Source: an uncultured Myxococcales bacterium
GTDB lineage: Bacteria; Myxococcota_A; Polyangia; Fen-1088
Direction: 5' to 3'
DNA length: 64,000 bases
Assembly (NCBI GenBank): GCA_964443975.1
Contig: CAYUFS010000024.1
Span: forward strand, 4,450-68,449
Shown here piece after piece: positions 39,312 through 48,478 of the stretch. Positions within the stretch are counted from its first letter, which is position 1, and each line of letters starts with the position of its first letter. Below the pieces are notes generated by a model. The model searched no databases and had not been told where the DNA came from. It saw only the letters and a list, made by a program, of their open reading frames with translations. A program made the translations under genes and the position numbers.

Positions 39312-39842
39312 GTGAACGCCGATCGTGAGTTCCCTCCGTCGGGACTGGCGCTCGAGCTACTCGATCGCCGACACCGTCGAAAGGCGTTCTCGAGCGGCGA
39401 TCGGCGCGTCGACGAGTGGCTGGAGCGTCGCGCCCTGTCGGCAATGCGGAAGAACACGAGCACGACCCGTGTGCTGGCTGATCAACATGGGGCCATCGCC
39501 GGGTTCTACACGCTCGCCAACACCGCACTTGACGTGTCGCAGGTGCCCCTCGATCTCCTCGGCGGCGAGGCTCCGCGTCACCCGCCGCCCACTCTGACGC
39601 TCGCTTGGCTCGGCGTTGACGCGCGATTTCACGGGGGAGGCCTGGGGACCAAGCTCTTCGCCAGGGCGCTGGCGGACGGACTTCGCGCATTCGAGACCGT
39701 GCGCTTCGTGGCCGTGGTGGTCGACGCGCTGACCGAGGCGAACTTCGCGTTCTACGAGTCTCACGGGTTCCGTCGTGTGCCGGGCACGACGAACAAGCTC
39801 TTCCTTCCAGCGTCGACGCTCGTGGCAATCGTCGGCGCGTGA
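39312..39842 (+). CDS. GNAT-family N-acetyltransferase toxin (TacT/KacT/AtaT-like)
   Basis: The acetyl-CoA motif region (...LTLAWLGVDARFHGGGLGTKLFARALADGL...) and its pairing with DUF1778. Confidence 0.75.
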   Translation: MNADREFPPSGLALELLDRRHRRKAFSSGDRRVDEWLERRALSAMRKNTSTTRVLADQHGAIAGFYTLANTALDVSQVPLDLLGGEAPRHPPPTLTLAWLGVDARFHGGGLGTKLFARALADGLRAFETVRFVAVVVDALTEANFAFYESHGFRRVPGTTNKLFLPASTLVAIVGA

Positions 39843-39942
39843 GCTTTACAAATCTTTACGCGCGCGCAAAACCTGGGAAACGCTCGGTGGTCACTCTTGG
39901 ATGGCGGGCGAAGGTCGCTCGCAACCACACAGGAGAACCGAC

Positions 39943-40467
39943 ATGGAAACCAATCAGACCCGATCCAGTGAAGCAGCGTCCGACGGCAACGGCAACGGCC
40001 CCCGCCCGAGCCGGCGTCGATGGTGGGCGCTGCTCGCCATCCCGGTGGCGCTCGGCGCCCTGACGCTGGGCGCGGCGCGCGCGCAAGGGTTCGGCGGCGG
40101 CGGCGGATTCCGCAAGGAGCGCATGGAGCATCTCCTGTCGTCGGCCGGCGCGACGGACGCGCAGAAGGCACAGATCCAGGCGATCTGGCAGGGGCTGCGT
40201 CCGGAGCTGCAGCCGCTGCGCAAGCAAGAGGCCGACATCCGCCATCAGCTCGGCCAGGCCATCGCCGCGCCGACGATCGATCAGGCGAAGGTCGAGCAGC
40301 TGCGCAAGCAATCGATGCAGACGGTCGACAAGCTCTCGGCGGTGGTGACGCGGGGTATGCTCGCGAGCGCCCAGATCCTGACGCCGGCGCAGCGTCAGAC
40401 CGTGCTACAGCAGATCGAGCAGCACCGGGGGCACGGCCCGGGCGGTGACCACGACGCGGGCGAGTGA
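39943..40467 (+). CDS. CpxP/Spy-family periplasmic protein (LTxxQ motif)
   Basis: AGGAGA RBS. Signal WWALLAIPVALGALTLGAARA. LTPAQRQTVLQQIEQHRGHG is the LTxxQ motif. Lies directly upstream of a two-component pair. Confidence 0.7.
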   Translation: METNQTRSSEAASDGNGNGPRPSRRRWWALLAIPVALGALTLGAARAQGFGGGGGFRKERMEHLLSSAGATDAQKAQIQAIWQGLRPELQPLRKQEADIRHQLGQAIAAPTIDQAKVEQLRKQSMQTVDKLSAVVTRGMLASAQILTPAQRQTVLQQIEQHRGHGPGGDHDAGE

Positions 40468-40486
40468 CGCACCGGAAGGACGACCG

Positions 40487-41209
40487 TTGGCGAATCGAAT
40501 CCTGATCATCGACGACGACGAACGCCTGACCGAGATGCTCGCCAGCTACATGGCCACGCGCGGGTTCGCGGTCGAACAGCGCGCCGACGCCCGGAGCGGC
40601 CTCACGGCTCTGGGCGCCGGCGACTTCGACGCCGTCGTGCTGGACGTCATGCTGCCCGATCTCGACGGCTTCGAGGTGTGCCGCCGGATCCGCGCGAGCT
40701 CCGACGTCCCGGTGTTGATGCTGACCGCACGCGGGGACGCCACCGATCGCGTGGTGGGCCTGGAGCTCGGCGCGGACGACTACCTGCCGAAGCCGTTCGA
40801 TCCGCGCGAGCTGCTGGCGCGCCTCGGCGCCGTGTTGCGGCGGACCCGCCGCGGCGTCGCCGAGCCGACGGCGCCCCTGCGGTTCGGGCGGCTGACGATC
40901 GATCGCCAGTCCCGCGAGGTGCAGGTGGACGGCCAGCGCCGCGAGCTGACCGGCCGCCAGTTCGATTTGCTGGTCCTGCTGGCCGAGCGCGCGGGGCGCG
41001 TGCTGACCCGCGAGCAGATCATGACCGCGCTCGGGGCCGAGGGTTGGGACAACGTGGATCGCAGCATCGACGTCCACGTGTCTCGCATCCGCAACGCGGT
41101 CGAGGACGATCCGAAGCGCCCGGTCTTCGTGCGCACCGTGCGCGGGGTGGGCTACGTGTTCTCGCCGGCGCAGGACGCCAAGTCCGCGAGGAAGCTGCCC
41201 CCAGGATGA
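40487..41209 (+). CDS. OmpR-family response regulator (CpxR-like)
   Basis: ILIIDDDERL...VVLDVMLPDLDG (receiver domain) followed by a winged-helix (...VHVSRIRNAVEDDPKRPVFVRTVRGVGYVF). Probable TTG start after a GGAAGGA RBS; the tool's ATG is at 40445. Confidence 0.85.
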   Translation: MANRILIIDDDERLTEMLASYMATRGFAVEQRADARSGLTALGAGDFDAVVLDVMLPDLDGFEVCRRIRASSDVPVLMLTARGDATDRVVGLELGADDYLPKPFDPRELLARLGAVLRRTRRGVAEPTAPLRFGRLTIDRQSREVQVDGQRRELTGRQFDLLVLLAERAGRVLTREQIMTALGAEGWDNVDRSIDVHVSRIRNAVEDDPKRPVFVRTVRGVGYVFSPAQDAKSARKLPPG

Positions 41210-42528
41210 GGTCGCGCTTCTATCTACAACTCTACGCCGCGCTGCTGGGCAGCGCGTTCGTCTGCTTGCTGGTGACGGGGATCGCGTTTCGCGTCGCGCG
41301 CGACGCAGGCGGGCCGCCCGCCGAGCGCATGCAGGAGGCCGCGCGCGTGTTACCGGACCGCCTGCCCGACGTTCGCGCCGCCGACGCGCGCGCGCGCGTC
41401 GCGGCCGTCGCGGACGAGCTCGGGGTCGACATCATCGCCGGGGACTCCGAGGGCGCGGTCGTCGGCGCGCCCGGGCCGCGGGCGTTCCCGATCCCGCGGC
41501 ACCTGTCGCCGGGGTCGGGGCGGGATCGCGTCGGCCCGGTGTTGTTGATCTCGCTCGGCGGCGACGGCTGGGCGGCGCTGCGCCCGCGCGTTCCGTACCG
41601 GCGGCTGCGGATGCACCCGTTCTTCACCACGCTGGCGATCCTGGCCGTGGTGATGGCGGTGGGCGCCTATCCGGTCGCCCGCCGGGTCACGCGCCGGCTC
41701 GAATCGCTCGCGACCGAGGTCGAGCGCTGGGGCGCGGGAGAGCTTCGCGCGCGGGTGTCCGTCGACGGCAGGGACGAGATCGCGCTCCTCGCCGCGACGT
41801 TCAATCGCGCCGCCGAGCGCCTGGATCTCGTGCTCGCGCAACAGAGACAGATGCTGGCGACGGCGTCCCACGAGCTGCGCTCGCCGTTGGCCCGCCTGCG
41901 CATGGGGCTGGAGCTGATCGCCGAGGAGCCGGACGCGGGGCGCCGGCGGGCGCGCGCGCAGGAGATTCACGGCGACATCGTCGAGCTGGACGAGCTGATC
42001 GAGGAGCTGCTGCTCTACGCGCGGGCGGACTGGCGCGTGCCCCGGCGGCCACCCGAGGCGGTCGAGCTGCGGTCGCTGCTCGCCGATGAGGCGGCCCGCG
42101 CCGGTGCGGCCGTCAGCGTCGCCGTGGAGGGACCGGCGGTGACCGTTCACGGCGACGCGACCATGCTCCGGCACCTGGTCCGCAATCTCCTCGAGAACGC
42201 CGAGCGGCACGGGTCGCCGGTGGTGGCGCGGGCGGCCGGCGCGGCGGATTCCGGGCGCGCACCCGCGGTGCGGGCCGAGCTCGCCATCGAGGGCGCCCAG
42301 GTCCGCCTCTCGGTCGAGGACGACGGACCGGGCATTCCCGCGGAGGATCGCGAGCGGGTGTTCGCCCCATTCTTCCGGCGCCCGTCGGCCGGGGGAGCCA
42401 CGCCCGGGCACGGCATGGGCCTGGCATTCGTGCGGCAGGTGGCGCGCTACCACGGGGGCGAGGCGACCTGCCGCGTGGGTGCGGGCGGGGGCAGCCGCTT
42501 CGAGGTGACCCTGCCGCTCGTGGGCTGA
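41206..42528 (+). CDS. sensor histidine kinase (EnvZ/CpxA-like)
   Basis: Two TM helices, a HAMP-like region, the H-box ASHELRSPLARLRMGLELI, and a G2 box GHGMGLAFVRQVARYHGG. ATGA overlap with the response-regulator stop. Confidence 0.85.
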   Translation: MRSRFYLQLYAALLGSAFVCLLVTGIAFRVARDAGGPPAERMQEAARVLPDRLPDVRAADARARVAAVADELGVDIIAGDSEGAVVGAPGPRAFPIPRHLSPGSGRDRVGPVLLISLGGDGWAALRPRVPYRRLRMHPFFTTLAILAVVMAVGAYPVARRVTRRLESLATEVERWGAGELRARVSVDGRDEIALLAATFNRAAERLDLVLAQQRQMLATASHELRSPLARLRMGLELIAEEPDAGRRRARAQEIHGDIVELDELIEELLLYARADWRVPRRPPEAVELRSLLADEAARAGAAVSVAVEGPAVTVHGDATMLRHLVRNLLENAERHGSPVVARAAGAADSGRAPAVRAELAIEGAQVRLSVEDDGPGIPAEDRERVFAPFFRRPSAGGATPGHGMGLAFVRQVARYHGGEATCRVGAGGGSRFEVTLPLVG

Positions 42529-42743
42529 GCCGTTTGGAGGCTGGCCAAGCACTGGGGGGCCATAGGGGAGGCGCGCCCGGCGCCCAGGACGAATCGCGTC
42601 ATGAAAATCCCCGCGGAAAATGTGTCAGCAAAAGTGTGTTAAAAGAATCGGCTGCACGGGGTAATCCGCCCAAAAGGCGGGACGCCGCTCGACCGCCCGC
42701 CACGCGGGTGCTCTCGCATCAAGGTCCAATCAGAGGAGGAGCC

Positions 42744-43934
42744 ATGGCCACCGTCGAAAAGAATGACCGATCCGCTTGCGGATCGATTGTAGCGGTTTCT
42801 TCGACACGATTTCTGCATGGCGGCGGGGTCCTCGGACTCGGCCTGGCCTGCATCTTGGCCGCGGGCTGCGGTTCGTCTGGCGGCGGCACGCCCGGCACCG
42901 GCACGGGCGGCGCGCCCCAGGGGTCCGGGGGCACGACGAGCACGGGAGGTACGACGAGCACCGGAGGCACGACGAGCACCGGAGGTACGACGAGCACGGG
43001 AGGTACGACGAGCACCGGAGGTACGACCAGCACCGGGGGCACGACGAGCACTGGCGGCACGACGAGCACCGGGGGCACGACCAGCACAGGCGGCGTGACG
43101 AGCGGGGGCGGGACCACCGTCACGGGAAGTGGCGGCGCCGCCGGCTCACATGCCGGTGGCAGCAGCGGCACGGGAAACAGCGGCGGCGGCCCCGGCACGG
43201 GAACCGGCGGAAAGGCCGGCAGCGGCGGTCCGGGCGGCAGCACCGCCCCGGCCGGCTGTCCCGCGGCGGCGACGTTCTGCGACGACTTCGAGGCCGGCGC
43301 GACGCTGGGAAGCGCCTGGACGTTCGACAATACGGCGAAGGGGACTGCCAACGTCGTCAGCACCTACACGACCACGCCGGGCCCAACCATGGCCCACTCG
43401 GGAAAGAACTCGGTGGAGATCACGTATCCTGCTGGAGGCGGCGGCTACGCCATGATCGTTACCAAGATGGGGGTGCCTGCATCACCGTCGACGACGGGCT
43501 ATTGGGCGCGGGTCTGGATGTACCTGGAGACCCCAGCGGACCCAGGTCACTGCGTGCTGATCGAAGGCTCGACGGGAGTTCCGACAAGCCTTCAGAACAA
43601 CGGCGTGCGCCCGCTGAACACCCAGGGGGGCAATATGGAGATCAACATCGATCCGGTTGCCGGCGGCGGCGAGGCCAGTGCGCCTTCCACGATGCCCCTT
43701 CCCAAGGGGGCCTGGACGTGTTTCGAATGGCAGATCTCGGCGACGGGCGGAAACGGCAATGTCTCGCTCTACGTCGGCGCATCCGTGATGCCGACCCTGA
43801 CTTTGAACGGCAAGATGATCACCGCGCTCACCGAAAATCGTATCGGGTACGAGAGCTACCGACAGACCGGCGCGGCTGGCAATCTCTGGATCGACGACTA
43901 CGCGATCGGTCTGACCCGCGTCGGCTGCATGTAG
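42744..43934 (+). CDS. lipoprotein with a (TTSTGG)n linker and a C-terminal concanavalin/LamG-like jelly-roll domain
   Basis: Lipobox (LAAGCGSSGG), nine GTTSTG repeats, then a 230-aa beta-rich domain (CDDFEAG...WTFDN...GLTRVGCM). Confidence 0.65.
   Translation: MATVEKNDRSACGSIVAVSSTRFLHGGGVLGLGLACILAAGCGSSGGGTPGTGTGGAPQGSGGTTSTGGTTSTGGTTSTGGTTSTGGTTSTGGTTSTGGTTSTGGTTSTGGTTSTGGVTSGGGTTVTGSGGAAGSHAGGSSGTGNSGGGPGTGTGGKAGSGGPGGSTAPAGCPAAATFCDDFEAGATLGSAWTFDNTAKGTANVVSTYTTTPGPTMAHSGKNSVEITYPAGGGGYAMIVTKMGVPASPSTTGYWARVWMYLETPADPGHCVLIEGSTGVPTSLQNNGVRPLNTQGGNMEINIDPVAGGGEASAPSTMPLPKGAWTCFEWQISATGGNGNVSLYVGASVMPTLTLNGKMITALTENRIGYESYRQTGAAGNLWIDDYAIGLTRVGCM
42931..43095 (+). repeat. about 9 tandem copies of an 18-bp unit (ACGACGAGCACSGGAGGY) encoding (TTSTGG)n
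   Basis: The repeats are visible directly at 42931-43095, inside the CDS and in frame. Confidence 0.8.
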
Positions 43935-45030
43935 GCGCAGCCTCTTCCCAACGCTTTGTTGGGAGGCCGAACGGGCTATCGAGAACATTGCGGCTTCGTA
44001 GCCGTGGTTTTGAGGTGCTACCCCGTCGGCTTCCCAGCTTCGGAGCGCCGGCATCCGCCGACTGCGCCATGGGCAAGGATCTAGCCTCGTCGTTGGTGAG
44101 CGGCAGCGGACTCCGGTCCTTCGAGCGGGTTGGGCAGTCAGGGGCGTCCCTTCATCGTCGACTGCTCGCGTTGCGAAATGGGAATGGACTTAGAGAGCGT
44201 GGGTGTTGACCGAAGACTCGACGGCAAAGAACTCTTTGGCCGCATTAGCGCCAAGGACAGCTTCAATCGCCGCCCGCCGTGCGGCTTGATACTCCTTAAC
44301 TTAACCGTTCGGCCCTCTCCTCAACCGTGAGTCCAGAAAGCGACTCTGGGGGCCTCCGAATGGCCTCTCGCTGAGGTTCAGCACTTCGAGGCGCCCGAAC
44401 GCAAGCGCGTCAGCACGGCGGACGAAGCTATATCGCTGGTAATTCGTGACGAACGCCACTGCGGTGCTAGCAGGTCGCCGTCTCTGTTCTCTGCGCCAAT
44501 CCTCAAGGCGTCGCGGTCGCAATTTCGTCGTAGACGATGGCCGAGGAAATGGGCCGCCGGAGAGGGCGGGGGTAGTCTCGTCCCAGCAGGGGCAATGATC
44601 GCGCCGGTCCGCGTCCCGCCACCGACGAGGAATTGCATCGCCGGCTGACTTCCGCATCACGCTCAAGGTTCTATCCGAGAATGTGGTCGATTTCGTCCGG
44701 TATCCAGTCCTGACGGCTGCCTGACCCATCCGGTCGGGCTCGAGGACAACGTTGATCGTGATCTAGGGCGAATTGGCATTTGTCACGAGAAGGCCGCGCA
44801 AAGTTAATGACTTTGAAACGCTCGCAAAACGATGCGATGTAGTCACGCTGGTATTGAGGCCTAAACGTCGGGGTACCACCGCTCTGGAAGCGACTGTCGA
44901 GACCCGCGATTCATTGTCCGCCCATTTTCTCTTGACTTCTATTTCTCTTTCGGCGACCTTCCCCTTGTGTATCGCTGGTAATGGATCGGATACATGAGTA
45001 ACGACAAAACAACTTGAGCAGGAGGGGTCG

Positions 45031-46488
45031 ATGTTAGGACGCAGGGGAACCGCGCTCGTTGGAGTATTGTGGGCCACGTTGAGTGCTCAATCGCTCGCGC
45101 GAGCAGCGCTTTGCAATCCAGATCCGATAAACGCGGGCAACATGAAATGTTCCGTGACAACGATAGCATCTCTGAATCAGGTCTTTGTCCTGGCAGACGC
45201 CGATCCGAACAACACATATAATGTCTCTCTCGCTAAGGGCACATATACGTTCACCCAAAATCTCGTGCTAACCCAGGGATCTGTTGTCATTGTCGGTGCG
45301 CCGACAGGCGGCCTTTCTAATGTAAAGAACTACGTACTCAACGGAACTAACACTTCAACGAATACATCTGTAAGGCAATTCACATTGCAGCCGGCAAATT
45401 CGAGTCAATATCCATTCCTGTTTGTGGGCGGAGTCACAATTCAAAACGGTGAACAGCCAGGGGGGACTATTTCGTCGGCTGGGGGTTGTGTCGGCGCCGG
45501 CGGTGGTGAAGTGGAAATCGAACAGAGCATAGTCCAGGGCTGCCACGCGCCCGGCCTGGGAGGTGCAATCGCATCCGCCGGCAGCGCCGCACTGCTGCTC
45601 ACGAATTCGCTGGTTCAGAATAACTATATAGACTCGGTCAAGCCAAGTACTGGGCATACGCCCTGCGGCGGGGGCAATTTCACCAACGGTGGCGGAATCG
45701 ATGTCTACTCGGGTGGAGCAGCCTCCATCGAATCTTCGGCAATCGTCAACAACCAGGCGTGTCGAGGGGGCGGCTTGGAAGTATTTGGAGGATCGCTGTA
45801 TATGGACAACACCACGGTCGCCGGCAACACCGCAAATTCGCACGGCGGCGCAATGCGCGTCATTTTCCCGACAACTTCGCTCGATCTCCTGTTCAACACT
45901 ATTGTCGAGAATAGCGCCGCGCTGGCGGACTGCCGATTGTTCGTAGGGGGATGCGCCAGCGATGCAGCCTTGGCCGGTGGAATAGCCTTTGAGTCTGCTA
46001 CCGGCGCGTCTGTGTCTCTTCAAGGTAATATCATCGCCTACAACAAAGTCGTATTCAGCTCTGACGGAACGACGAACGTCGTCGGAACCGCCAACAGTCT
46101 CGATGATTGTGACTTGATCGGGACAACCTTGGACACTTCCAACAACAGCCCAACTTTCAACTACTCGACAAACGTGATTGGCCAATCTCGCACTTGCAAT
46201 CTTCCAACAAGTTGGTGGGGCGTCAACGCAACGCCGACCCTGGCGAACTTGAGTACTTTTGGGTTGAACAATCAGGCTGCTGCCACCTTGGCCGTCGGGG
46301 GAACCCTGCCCGCCTACAAACCCACATCCACCACCTTCTTTCACAGCCAATTCGGGCGTCATAACTCCATCGGAGCTGGCGGAAACGTTACCGCCCAATC
46401 GTGCCTAGGCGGTGACGAGAGGGGCTACAGGCGCAGCAGCGTCAATTGCGACGTAGGATCGTATGAATTGAACGGTGTTAAACCCTGA
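45031..46488 (+). CDS. secreted right-handed parallel beta-helix repeat protein (pectin-lyase fold)
   Basis: Signal peptide. Gly/Asn/Ser/Thr-rich imperfect 22-25 aa repeats typical of a beta-helix. Near the C-terminus, CDVGSYE resembles the CD[IV]GA[YF]E tail. GC is about 50%, against about 70% in the flanks. Confidence 0.65.
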   Translation: MLGRRGTALVGVLWATLSAQSLARAALCNPDPINAGNMKCSVTTIASLNQVFVLADADPNNTYNVSLAKGTYTFTQNLVLTQGSVVIVGAPTGGLSNVKNYVLNGTNTSTNTSVRQFTLQPANSSQYPFLFVGGVTIQNGEQPGGTISSAGGCVGAGGGEVEIEQSIVQGCHAPGLGGAIASAGSAALLLTNSLVQNNYIDSVKPSTGHTPCGGGNFTNGGGIDVYSGGAASIESSAIVNNQACRGGGLEVFGGSLYMDNTTVAGNTANSHGGAMRVIFPTTSLDLLFNTIVENSAALADCRLFVGGCASDAALAGGIAFESATGASVSLQGNIIAYNKVVFSSDGTTNVVGTANSLDDCDLIGTTLDTSNNSPTFNYSTNVIGQSRTCNLPTSWWGVNATPTLANLSTFGLNNQAAATLAVGGTLPAYKPTSTTFFHSQFGRHNSIGAGGNVTAQSCLGGDERGYRRSSVNCDVGSYELNGVKP

Positions 46489-46569
46489 CGCCAGGGATGC
46501 ATGTAATTCATTGTGGGCCCGCAGGTGTCATTTTTGCGGTGAGTTCGCATCAACTGGAGACGGATACGA

Positions 46570-47169
46570 ATGACGACAGCGAGACGCCTGAGTCCAGTCA
46601 CGGTTGGGGTGCTGTTATCGACCGCTCTTGCTGTCGGGATTTGTGTCTTTCTCTTGGGAACTCGGAGTGTGCGAGCCCCAAGGCTCTCGACAGCGCCTTC
46701 CAGCCGATCAGCTGGTGAGGGTCTCTTGAACGGCCCACGTCATAGCGACGCCGCTGCGGGAGTCGCCTTCGGGGCCGAGCAAGGTAGTAAGGTACTGGCA
46801 AAATTGCCGACCGTATTGGACGATTCAAGCGGACAGGCCGAGGACGAAGTAGCTTTGAAACGGCGGCTACCAATTGACCTCGGCATGGCGGATTACGACA
46901 TTCTTCGGCGTGTGGATGAGGTGGTATTCCGAGCTCTGAGCACAAAGGATTCCGCCCGTATGGCAATCCGGAGATTCAATTCCCGACAGAGGCGCTCTGG
47001 CAACATCAGAGACGATGTCGGCGGCACTGCCCCGTCTAGCTTCCGACAAGCCTTTCTTGAAGATCTGCTCGGTATGGATGAGGCAGCGCAATTTGTCGCT
47101 CAAGAGTTGAAAGAGACGAATCGCCTGAGTCACGGGCGCGAGATTGCGGCACACGCAGACGCGATGTAG
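46570..47169 (+). CDS. hypothetical membrane-anchored protein
   Basis: N-terminal TM (VTVGVLLSTALAVGICVFLLG) followed by a soluble domain. Lies in the low-GC island after the beta-helix gene. Confidence 0.45.
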   Translation: MTTARRLSPVTVGVLLSTALAVGICVFLLGTRSVRAPRLSTAPSSRSAGEGLLNGPRHSDAAAGVAFGAEQGSKVLAKLPTVLDDSSGQAEDEVALKRRLPIDLGMADYDILRRVDEVVFRALSTKDSARMAIRRFNSRQRRSGNIRDDVGGTAPSSFRQAFLEDLLGMDEAAQFVAQELKETNRLSHGREIAAHADAM

Positions 47170-47330
47170 AAGCCGCGGGTGGGCCGCCCAGATCGTGAAG
47201 GGAATCTCGCATGAGAGCCGCAGCAGCGGCGCCACCGTGGCAGGAGACAGATTCACGACCACGCCATCGGGCCGAACCGCTTCCGAGCCCGGCCGCCGTG
47301 ATCTCACGGTCGGCCGGGGTTACGTGATCG

Positions 47331-48473
47331 ATGGATCGGCGGGTCGCGCTTCTGTTGTTTGCGGCGGGGTGGGGGGCGAATCACTTCTCCTCGCTGCTGA
47401 TCGTCTATCGACGGGATCTCGGGCTGTCGCCCTCCGCGCTCGGGATCCTGTTCGGCGCCTACGCGCTGGGGCTGGTGCCCGGGCTCGTCCTCGCGGGGCG
47501 CGCCTCCGACAGGCGAGGGCGGCGGGCGCTCGTGTTGCCGTCCAGCCTGCTCGCGATCGCGGCGAGCGCGGTGCTCGCGTTCGGCGCTGACGGGTTCGGC
47601 GTGTTGCTGGCCGGCCGGCTGCTGTTTGGCCTGGCGATGGGCGCGGTGATGAGCCCCGGCAGCGTCTGGGTGCAGGAGCTCTCGCCGCCGGGGCTCGGCG
47701 CGCGCCGGGCGACGCTCGCGCTGTCGGCGGGGTTCGGGCTCGGGCCCGTGGTTTCGGGGGTCATCGCTGAATTCGCGCCGGCGCCGATGGTGCTGCCGTA
47801 CGTCGCGCACGGCCTCGCCATGGCGGCGGCGCTCGTGGGCGCGCGCGCGGTGCCGGAGACGGCGCCGCGCGCGAGGCGCGACGCCCCGGCGGGCGGGCCG
47901 CGAGAAGCCGCGCCCGGAATTCGCGCGCGCGATCTCGGGGTGCTCGTCGGGCTCGTGCCGGTGGCGCCGTGGGCCTTCGGGTTCGCCGCCGTGACCATCG
48001 CGATCCTGCCCGGCCTTATGCGGCCCCACGTCGCGCGGCCGGTGCTCTATTCCGCGTTCGTCATCGTCACGACCCTGTCGGCGGGCGTGCTGGTCCAGTC
48101 GCTCGTGCGACGCATCGGCCGCCACGCCGATCTGGTGGGCCTCGCGGCCGGGCTCGGCGGCCTGCTGGTCGCGTCTCACGCGGTCGCGGTCGCCTCGCCG
48201 AACCTCGCCTTCGCGGTCGCGGTCCTGGTCGGCATCGGCTACGGCCTCGTGATGACGAGCGGCCTGACCGAGGTGGGCGCGCGCGTGCCCCAAGACGCGC
48301 GCGGGACGGCGGTCGGCCTCTACTACGTCCTCACCTACGTGGGGTTCGCGCTGCCCTTCATTCACGCCACTCTCGCCAAGCGCTGGGGCGACGCACCGAC
48401 GCTCCGCGCGGCGGCAGTCGTCGCCCTCGCCAGCCTCCTCGCGCGCGCGCTCGCCAGCGTCCGCCGGCGCTGA
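47331..48473 (+). CDS. MFS transporter
   Basis: 12 predicted TM helices and a GRASDRRGRR motif between TM2 and TM3. Confidence 0.8.
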   Translation: MDRRVALLLFAAGWGANHFSSLLIVYRRDLGLSPSALGILFGAYALGLVPGLVLAGRASDRRGRRALVLPSSLLAIAASAVLAFGADGFGVLLAGRLLFGLAMGAVMSPGSVWVQELSPPGLGARRATLALSAGFGLGPVVSGVIAEFAPAPMVLPYVAHGLAMAAALVGARAVPETAPRARRDAPAGGPREAAPGIRARDLGVLVGLVPVAPWAFGFAAVTIAILPGLMRPHVARPVLYSAFVIVTTLSAGVLVQSLVRRIGRHADLVGLAAGLGGLLVASHAVAVASPNLAFAVAVLVGIGYGLVMTSGLTEVGARVPQDARGTAVGLYYVLTYVGFALPFIHATLAKRWGDAPTLRAAAVVALASLLARALASVRRR

Positions 48474-48478
48474 TTCAA

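Noticed and set aside
42931-43095. Regular 18-bp tandem repeats, which could be mistaken for a CRISPR-like array
   Set aside because: The units are contiguous with no spacers, lie in frame inside a lipoprotein gene, and encode (TTSTGG)n. They are a coding linker repeat, not CRISPR.
44130-45000. Several 60-140 aa ORFs in the lower-GC stretch before the beta-helix gene
   Set aside because: They have no ribosome-binding site, no recognisable motif and no consistent frame. They were treated as decayed non-coding DNA and noted as part of the island finding.
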